Positions 6,749-12,083 of a stretch of DNA of 12,083 nt are shown in pieces. Numbering within the stretch: position 1 is the stretch's first letter; each line of letters starts with the position of its first letter. The position numbers were made by a program, and so were the translations under genes. This DNA comes from Sedimentisphaerales bacterium (GTDB lineage Bacteria; Planctomycetota; Phycisphaerae; Sedimentisphaerales; SM23-30): NCBI GenBank assembly GCA_016933395.1, contig JAFGBA010000146.1, forward strand, positions 1-12,083, read 5' to 3'. Under the pieces are notes generated by a model. It was not told the DNA's origin, made no database searches, and was given only the letters and a program-made list of their open reading frames with translations.

Positions 6749-7492
6749 ATGAAATGCTCGAAGATTGGGATGGCGGCATTGGTTTTTGTATTGGTTTGGG
6801 TCATATTTACGCCATTAGAGGAGGCTAAGGCAGCCGACGGGGCGGTAAAGGTCAAGGTGCATAAAGACCGCATCCGGATACTCACCGGTGACCAATCCGG
6901 TTTAGTGCAGGTCATCGGCAGTGTCGGTGCGATCGAATCCACGGCCGCTGTGAGAGCATATCTGCGTCGTGAGGAAACCGGGGACAAACAACCCTTTGAC
7001 GTTGCCACCGATGGCAGTTTTCAAACGTCAATAACCGCCCCGGCCGGAGAAAAATTACGGGTGTATGCCCAGGCTGGTGATAAAACCAGTTATGGCACAT
7101 TCACGGTACCCTCAATCTCATCTGAAACACAGGTTCCTACGTCTGTGTCCACGGCTTTCATGCCGGAAAAGAATGAAACGCCGTCTGCACAAGTCCCTAT
7201 CCCGCAAGTAATTATGACGCCTGAGCCTCCGTTGGCAGATATCGAGGCTTTGGGATTGGACCCGGTCAAGCTACGCCGGGAACTGGTAAAAGCACATCAG
7301 GAAAACATTCGCTTACGTCGTGAGTTGCAGCGTGTCTGGCTGCAACTGGAACAATTGCAATCCTCTCTTCAGCGGCTTTTACAGGATTTCTCATCGGTAA
7401 CCTCGGCGGTAGCTTCTCCGTCGAGTGATGTACCAACACAAACCACTCAAATTGACGGTGAGGACATAGTTCCCTCCACAAGCACGAATTAG
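6749..7492 (+). CDS. Hypothetical secreted protein (247 aa): cleavable signal peptide, small beta-rich domain, Pro/Thr/Ser-rich linker, C-terminal leucine-zipper-like coiled coil
   Basis: GGGAGGG at 6736-6742 sits 6 nt upstream of ATG 6749. The N-terminus MKCSKIGMAALVFVLVWVIFTPLEEAKA|ADG has a signal-peptide-like hydrophobic core and an AXA cleavage motif. The C-terminus LRRELVKAHQENIRLRRELQRVWLQLEQLQSSLQRLLQDF shows a heptad Leu repeat. I recognise no conserved domain. The ORF-track start 6662 overlaps tsaE and has no RBS. Confidence 0.55.
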   Translation: MKCSKIGMAALVFVLVWVIFTPLEEAKAADGAVKVKVHKDRIRILTGDQSGLVQVIGSVGAIESTAAVRAYLRREETGDKQPFDVATDGSFQTSITAPAGEKLRVYAQAGDKTSYGTFTVPSISSETQVPTSVSTAFMPEKNETPSAQVPIPQVIMTPEPPLADIEALGLDPVKLRRELVKAHQENIRLRRELQRVWLQLEQLQSSLQRLLQDFSSVTSAVASPSSDVPTQTTQIDGEDIVPSTSTN

Positions 7493-7502
7493 TGGATTTT
7501 AC

Positions 7503-7530
7503 TTGACCATTATCGACTCACTTTTAATAT
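7503..7530 (+). promoter_or_regulatory. Candidate sigma70 promoter for argB-argD-argF: -35 TTGACC (7503-7508), 16-bp spacer, -10 TAATAT (7525-7530)
   Basis: Read directly from the sequence. It lies in the 167-bp AT-rich gap after the hypothetical gene and implies a ~120-nt leader before the argB TTG start. Confidence 0.3.
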
Positions 7531-7659
7531 GTAGGGTTTTTCCGAGGCAATGGCATTTTAAAACGCTATTTACCGCCGAAGGAAAGGACCGACCGGCACG
7601 TTTTCGGGCATGTCCGGACGATATTTTGCTTAACTTGTTCCCCGGCCAGGAGTTAAAAG

Positions 7660-8544
7660 TTGAACGAAGCTATTGCCAAATCCCAGGCCCTTATTGAGGC
7701 ATTGGCGTATATTCGGGGCTTCCGTGGCCGAACAGTGGTGGTTAAGCTGGGCGGTTCGCTCATGGAAACTGATACCAGCCAGAGGGAATTATTGACAGAC
7801 GTGGCTTTTATGGCGACGGTGGGGATTCGGCCGGTGCTGGTGCATGGCGGCGGCAAGCGCATCAGCGCCGCGATGGAGCGGTCGGGCATCGAACCGCAAT
7901 TTGTGCAGGGTCGCCGTTATACCGATGAACGAACGCTAAAAATCGTCGAACACGTTTTAGCCGGTGAGATTAACCGGGATATTGTCGATTCGCTCAATGA
8001 CCTGGGTTGCTCGGCGATGGGACTGCATAGTCTCAGCAGTTGCGTCCTCCAGGCGGAACAGATACGTCTGGATGGTCCGGAAGGGCGAAAAATCGACATC
8101 GGCCTCGTCGGTAACGTTACCTTGGTAAATGCCAAATTAATCGAAGCGCTTTGCCAGGCGGGCACGATTCCGGTGATTGCGCCGATTGCCCTGGACCGCA
8201 ACGGGGGCAAATTGAATATCAACGCTGACACTGCCGCGGGGATGGTCGCCGCCGCCATCAAAGCGGAAAAACTGGTGATGATGAGCGACACCCATGGTAT
8301 CCGCCGCGATAAGAATGATCCCGCCAGCCGCATTAGTGCCGCTGGTGAAAAAGAAATCGAACAGATGGTTGCCCAGGGTGTTATTGAAGGCGGTATGTTG
8401 CCCAAAGTGGAAGCCTGCCTGACGGCTCTGAAAGCGGGTGTTGGTCGGACGCATATTATTGACGGCAGCTTCCCCCACGCCTTGCTGCTGGAGATATACA
8501 CCGACGAAGGCATCGGTACTTTAATTACCAAAGAAAAGCAATAA
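7660..8544 (+). CDS. argB: Acetylglutamate kinase (TTG start)
   Basis: The translation reads ...RGRTVVVKLGGSL...PVLVHGGG...GNVTLVN...IPVIAPIALDRNGGKLNINADTAAG...GGMLPKVEA...THIIDG, which are amino-acid-kinase/NAGK family motifs. AGGAG at 7648-7652 sits 7 nt upstream of TTG 7660. There is no in-frame ATG with an RBS nearby. Confidence 0.85.
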   Translation: MNEAIAKSQALIEALAYIRGFRGRTVVVKLGGSLMETDTSQRELLTDVAFMATVGIRPVLVHGGGKRISAAMERSGIEPQFVQGRRYTDERTLKIVEHVLAGEINRDIVDSLNDLGCSAMGLHSLSSCVLQAEQIRLDGPEGRKIDIGLVGNVTLVNAKLIEALCQAGTIPVIAPIALDRNGGKLNINADTAAGMVAAAIKAEKLVMMSDTHGIRRDKNDPASRISAAGEKEIEQMVAQGVIEGGMLPKVEACLTALKAGVGRTHIIDGSFPHALLLEIYTDEGIGTLITKEKQ

Positions 8545-8619
8545 AACATAAACATCAAAAACGTTTTTTCCCTTTCACGCAAAAAAACGGAATTAACGTT
8601 ACACGATAGAGGTATTGCC

Positions 8620-9819
8620 ATGGTTACGACAACGGAAGTGCTCGATCAGTTTAAAAAGTATGTTATAGGCAATTATAACCGGTTGAATCAGGTTATTGTC
8701 AAAGGTGAAGGTTGCCGTTTGTGGGATGCCGACGGCAAGGAATATCTGGATATGTTTCCCGGCTGGGCGACGAGCATCATCGGCCATTGCCATCCGAAAG
8801 TGGTCGAGGCCTTGCGCCATCAGGCGGGTGAATTAATTCACATCGACAATACATTTTATAATGTGTTGCAGGGGCAACTTGCTCAGAGGCTTAGCGAGCT
8901 TTCGTTTGGCGGGCAGTGTTTTTTCTGCAACAGCGGTGCTGAAGCCAATGAAGGCGCTATGAAACTGGCCCGTCGCCACACGGCCAAGAATAAATATAAA
9001 ATTATTACCGCTGAGGGTGGTTTTCACGGTCGCACCTTTGCTACCATGACCGCGACCGCCCAGCCCAAATATCATCAGGGCTTTCTACCGTTGATGCCGG
9101 GATTTGTTTATGTTCCATATAACGACATTGACGCTTTGAAAGCCGCTTTCGACGACGACGTCGCGGCCGTATTGCTGGAGCCGATTCAGGGTGAAGGCGG
9201 CATCAATGTTGCGGATGCAGCCTATTTGCAGACTGTACGTGATTTATGCGATAAGCATGGCGCGCTGGCTGTCTGGGACGAAGTGCAGTGCGGCATGGGC
9301 CGGACGGGCAAATGGTTTGGTTATCAGGTAACCGGCGTGGAGCCGGATATTATGACGCTGGCGAAGGGATTGGGCGGAGGCGTCGCTATTGGCGCGTTCG
9401 TGGCGCGTTCCGATGTTGCGGCGTCGCTGGTTCCCGGTACGCACGCCAGTACGTTCGGCGGCAATCCGCTGGCCTGTGCCGCGGCGCTGGCGACGATAGC
9501 GGCTATCGAAGAGGAGAACATGCTCGCCAATGTTGAGGCCATGAGCCGTATCGCACGGGAAAAACTCAACCAACTGGCGACAAAATACCCCATTATCGAT
9601 CATGTGCGCGGTGTGGGTCTGATGTTGGGTATTCAGCTTAACGCCCCCGGTGCTGATATTGTGGCTCGTTGTTGGGCGAATGGTTTGCGCATCAATTGTA
9701 CGCATGATACGGTGTTGCGCTTCATGCCGCCGCTTAATGTAAAGGCGGAAGAGATCAACCGGGCGATTACGATTATGGACGAAGCCCTGGCCCAAAGCAA
9801 CGGAGGGGCATTGTCATGA
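8620..9819 (+). CDS. argD: Acetylornithine aminotransferase (class III PLP aminotransferase)
   Basis: Class-III aminotransferase motifs are present: GWATSIIGHCHP, CNSGAEANEGAMKLAR, LLEPIQGEGG, and WDEVQCGMGRTGK, which is the PLP-lysine region. AGAGG at 8608-8612 sits 7 nt upstream of the ATG. The argD assignment rests on the argB/argF context; GabT or AstC-type enzymes cannot be excluded from sequence alone. Confidence 0.8.
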   Translation: MVTTTEVLDQFKKYVIGNYNRLNQVIVKGEGCRLWDADGKEYLDMFPGWATSIIGHCHPKVVEALRHQAGELIHIDNTFYNVLQGQLAQRLSELSFGGQCFFCNSGAEANEGAMKLARRHTAKNKYKIITAEGGFHGRTFATMTATAQPKYHQGFLPLMPGFVYVPYNDIDALKAAFDDDVAAVLLEPIQGEGGINVADAAYLQTVRDLCDKHGALAVWDEVQCGMGRTGKWFGYQVTGVEPDIMTLAKGLGGGVAIGAFVARSDVAASLVPGTHASTFGGNPLACAAALATIAAIEEENMLANVEAMSRIAREKLNQLATKYPIIDHVRGVGLMLGIQLNAPGADIVARCWANGLRINCTHDTVLRFMPPLNVKAEEINRAITIMDEALAQSNGGALS

Positions 9820-10736
9820 CATTAAGGCATTTTTTGGAATTGCGTGAATATACCGCGGCGGAACTGGCGGACATGCTGAAATTGTCGGCGGAATTAAAAA
9901 TTGCCGCCAGAGGCAACACGCTCACTCGTTCGCTGGAAGGTAAAACCGCGGCGATGCTGTTCGAAAAACCCAGCAGCCGCACGCGGGTGAGTTTCCAGGT
10001 GGCTTTAGCGCAACTGGGCGCGACGGCAATTTACCTGCGTCAGGAAGACATCGGCGGTCTGGGAAACCGCGAACCCATTAAAGACCTTACGCGAGTGCTC
10101 AACGGCTATGTTGATGTGGTTATCGCTCGGGTTTTCAAACACGCCGGTTTGATCGAGATGACGCAGTATGCCGTCATGCCGGTCGTCAACGCGCTATCGG
10201 ATAAAACCCATCCATGTCAGGCCATGGCTGATGTATTAACCATACAGGAACATTGCGGACGGCTGGAAGGATTAACGGTTGCCTATATAGGCGATGGAAA
10301 TAATGTCGCCGTTTCACTGGCGGTTGCCTGTTCGCGTTTTGGGATGAAACTGCGCATGGCCTCGCCGCCGGGATATGAAGCGCCGGCGTTTCTGTTTGAC
10401 TGGCTGGTGCAGGAAGGGCTAGGCGATTTTGTTGCGCAAATGCACGATCCCCGGGCCGCGGTTGAAAAGGCCGACGTGGTTTACACCGACACCTGGGTAA
10501 GCATGGGCCAGGAAGCCGAAAAACAGCAGCGCCTCGAGGTTTTTTCCGGCTATCAGGTTAATGCCGAACTTCTCACCGCCGCCAAACCGGGAGTAAAGGT
10601 CATGCACTGCCTGCCGGCGTATCGTGGCCTGGAAATCACCGATGACGTGATTGAAGCCAACGCCAAAGTTATTTTCGATCAGGCGGAAAATCGGCTGCAC
10701 TTCCAGCGCGGCCTTCTGGCGTATTTGTTCCGTTAA
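9816..10736 (+). CDS. argF: Ornithine carbamoyltransferase
   Basis: It has the STRTR carbamoyl-phosphate motif (FEKPSSRTRVSFQ), HPCQ, and HCLPA, which is typical of OTC rather than ATCase. Its start ATG 9816-9818 overlaps the argD stop TGA 9817-9819 (ATGA), and GGAGGGG lies 8 nt upstream, so the two are translationally coupled. Confidence 0.85.
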   Translation: MTLRHFLELREYTAAELADMLKLSAELKIAARGNTLTRSLEGKTAAMLFEKPSSRTRVSFQVALAQLGATAIYLRQEDIGGLGNREPIKDLTRVLNGYVDVVIARVFKHAGLIEMTQYAVMPVVNALSDKTHPCQAMADVLTIQEHCGRLEGLTVAYIGDGNNVAVSLAVACSRFGMKLRMASPPGYEAPAFLFDWLVQEGLGDFVAQMHDPRAAVEKADVVYTDTWVSMGQEAEKQQRLEVFSGYQVNAELLTAAKPGVKVMHCLPAYRGLEITDDVIEANAKVIFDQAENRLHFQRGLLAYLFR

Positions 10737-10776
10737 TTATCGTTCATCGTTCAATAAGATTGAAAGTCAGACAATC

Positions 10777-11493
10777 ATGCCCCAATCGAAACGACGATCA
10801 CGCACCCAGCTACGCTCGATACGTATTTCCCGCCAATTTACCAAGGCGGCCCCAGGATCCGTATTGATTGAAATGGGCAATACGAAAGTACTATGCACGG
10901 CCAGTTGGGAACCGGGTGTTCCCGCTTGGCGCAAGGACAGCGGCATGGGATGGGTTACGGCCGAATACAGCATGTTGCCCGGCAGCACCGCGCCGCGAAA
11001 ATCCCGTCCCCGTTCCGGCCATACCGATAGCCGGGGTTTGGAAATTCAGCGACTTATAGGAAGAACCCTACGAGCTGTAGTGGATTATGAAAAACTGAGG
11101 GAAAACACTATCGTGCTCGATTGCGATGTGATTCAGGCCGACGGCGGCACCCGCACAGCGGCGATTAACGGCAGTTTCATCGCCCTCAGTGACGCGGTGC
11201 GTTACGGCCTCAAGAAGAAATTCATTACCCAAAATCCTATTACCCAGCGCGTCGCGGCGGTCAGTGTGGGCCTCATCAAGGGCAATACCGTCCTGGACTT
11301 GGATTATAATCTGGACAGCATTGCTGATGTGGATATGAACATCGCCATGACCGAGAGCGGACGATTTGTCGAAGTACAAGGCTCTGCCGAAAAAACACCC
11401 TTTTCTGGCGAACAACTGGAACAGTTGCTGAATTTGGCCCGGCGAGGGATTAAACAAATTTTCAAGGTGTACGACAAGGCCCTAAGGCGGTAA
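10777..11493 (+). CDS. rph: Ribonuclease PH (238 aa)
   Basis: The sequence from MPQSKRRSRTQLRSIRISRQFTKAAPGSVLIEMGNTKVLCTASWEPGVPAWRKDSGMGWVTAEYSMLPGSTAPR...LDCDVIQADGGTRTAAINGSFIALSDA...VAAVSVG...DMNIAMTESGRFVEVQGSAE aligns closely, from memory, with E. coli RNase PH along its whole length. The ORF-track start 10651 lies inside argF. ATG 10777 sits 40 nt after the argF stop and is the first start consistent with homology. The SD is weak (gaaag). Confidence 0.85.
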   Translation: MPQSKRRSRTQLRSIRISRQFTKAAPGSVLIEMGNTKVLCTASWEPGVPAWRKDSGMGWVTAEYSMLPGSTAPRKSRPRSGHTDSRGLEIQRLIGRTLRAVVDYEKLRENTIVLDCDVIQADGGTRTAAINGSFIALSDAVRYGLKKKFITQNPITQRVAAVSVGLIKGNTVLDLDYNLDSIADVDMNIAMTESGRFVEVQGSAEKTPFSGEQLEQLLNLARRGIKQIFKVYDKALRR

Positions 11494-11512
11494 AGTAGAC
11501 TTTTAGTCGTGA

Positions 11513-11574
11513 CGGCCTAAAAAAACAGAAGTAATTGTAGGAATTACAACCGGCCGATTATTAGCGGCAATAAT
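11513..11574. repeat. Nested inverted repeats in the rph-rdgB intergenic region. Outer CGGCC (11513-11517) / GGCCG (11552-11556) encloses GTAATT-gtagg-AATTAC (11531-11547). An adjacent ATTATT-agcggc-AATAAT lies at 11557-11574.
   Basis: Perfect 6-bp arms in both inner palindromes were seen by inspection, and an A7 tract sits at 11519-11525. The region could hold a protein-binding operator or an RNA structure. There is no clean GC hairpin followed by a T-tract, so it is not a canonical terminator. Confidence 0.35.
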
Positions 11575-11583
11575 TGAAGACGC

Positions 11584-12083
11584 ATGAAGCAAAATTTTCA
11601 TGAATTGGTGTTGGCCACAACCAACCTCGGCAAGCTGAAAGAGTTGCAACAAATGCTCATTGGCCGGGGCGTTGTCGTACGAGGGCTGGCGGATTTTGGT
11701 GCTTTGCCGGCGGCTCCGGAGAATGCCGACACCTTCAAGGAGAATGCACGCCGCAAGGCGTTATATTATACCCGGCGATTGGGGGATAAAACGGTTCTTG
11801 CTGATGACAGCGGTTTGGAAGTGGACGCCTTAAACGGGGCGCCGGGGGTGCATTCGGCTCGTTTTGCCCCATGTGACAGCGAAAATCGCGCCCGGCGTGA
11901 TGCCGCTAATAATACCTTGCTGCTGCAGCGTCTGTCGGGGATCCCGCATGAAAAACGCACCGCCAGATTTCGCTGTTGCTTGTGTATATGCCGCGCTGAT
12001 GACGTGCTTGCGGAATTCACCGGCGCCGTCGAAGGAATCATCGCGAATGAACCACGTGGTGAGAATGGTTTTGGGTATGACCC
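11584..12083 (+). CDS. rdgB: Non-canonical purine NTP (dITP/XTP) pyrophosphatase, Ham1/RdgB family, N-terminal ~166 aa; it continues past the window end
   Basis: MKQNFHELVLATTNLGKLKELQQML...TFKENARRKA...VLADDSGLEVDALNGAPGVHSARFA carries the Ham1 signature TN-GK and DDSGL-VDAL-G-PG-SAR motifs. It is not in the ORF track because the frame runs off the window with no stop. The rph-rdgB adjacency is a common conserved pairing. Confidence 0.85.
   Translation, partial: MKQNFHELVLATTNLGKLKELQQMLIGRGVVVRGLADFGALPAAPENADTFKENARRKALYYTRRLGDKTVLADDSGLEVDALNGAPGVHSARFAPCDSENRARRDAANNTLLLQRLSGIPHEKRTARFRCCLCICRADDVLAEFTGAVEGIIANEPRGENGFGYD

Noticed and set aside
7551-7566. A sigma54-like TGGCAT-N5-AACGC motif upstream of argB
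   Set aside because: The GG/GC spacing is off by one. The -12 element is ACGC rather than TTGC. No enhancer-binding-protein context is present.
7503-7697. A 64-aa ORF (TTG start) spanning the hyp-argB intergenic region and the argB start
   Set aside because: It has no RBS and a TTG start, and it overlaps the argB RBS and start in another frame. The translated sequence is not protein-like.
8557-8569. The AAAAACGTTTTT palindrome followed by T's after argB, as a possible terminator
   Set aside because: The stem is almost purely A:U with a single CG and no loop. It is far too weak to be a credible intrinsic terminator. argD follows 50 nt later with a good RBS, so read-through is expected.
10651-10776. 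The ORF-track 5' extension of rph, overlapping the 3' end of argF
   Set aside because: It lies in an alternative frame inside argF and has no RBS. RNase PH homology begins at MPQSKRR (ATG 10777), downstream of the argF stop.
1-12083. A look for mobile elements, CRISPR repeats, tRNA/rRNA genes, integrase or transposase ORFs, and toxin-antitoxin or defence gene pairs
   Set aside because: None were seen. Every substantial ORF has a housekeeping or ordinary signalling assignment. No direct-repeat arrays, terminal inverted repeats or tRNA-like cloverleaf candidates were found by inspection.

Overview
This window looks like ordinary core-genome DNA at roughly 55-60% GC, tightly packed with housekeeping genes. 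I see no mobile element, CRISPR array, tRNA or rRNA, and no recognisable defence or toxin system.

Gene order, from the protein translations:
- 1..674 (-): N-terminal part of a THUMP-domain class I SAM RNA methyltransferase (RlmL/COG0116-like), truncated at the window start.
- 889..2385 (+): a stand-alone SPFH/band-7 flotillin-like membrane protein with its own putative promoter and a clean rho-independent terminator.
- 2411..3748 (-): a convergent GAF + PP2C (SpoIIE/RsbU-type) serine phosphatase.
- 3936..7492 (+): an operon argH - thiL - tsaE - small secreted coiled-coil protein of unknown function.
- 7503..7659: a 167-bp AT-rich gap with a candidate promoter.
- 7660..10736 (+): argB (TTG start) - argD - argF, with argD and argF overlapping by ATGA.
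- 10777..11493 (+): rph.
- 11584..12083 (+): the start of rdgB (Ham1-family dITP/XTP pyrophosphatase), running off the window end.

The points I would look at again are modest:
- An orphan secreted coiled-coil ORF, with locally lower GC, sits inside the arg/tsaE operon.
- The phosphatase and the methyltransferase both have a -10-like hexamer exactly 7 nt upstream of the ATG and no Shine-Dalgarno, so they may be leaderless mRNAs.
- The flotillin-like gene has no NfeD partner and lower GC than its neighbours.
- The arg cluster is split and interleaved with thiL-tsaE.
- A perfect TTGACA-17-TACTAT promoter sits in front of argH with no visible ARG box.
- Nested inverted repeats lie between rph and rdgB.

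The thiL-tsaE and rph-rdgB adjacencies resemble Firmicutes-type synteny. That is an inference from memory, not a search result. Nothing here convincingly indicates a novel system. All coordinates and motifs were read by eye from the sequence; no database search was run.
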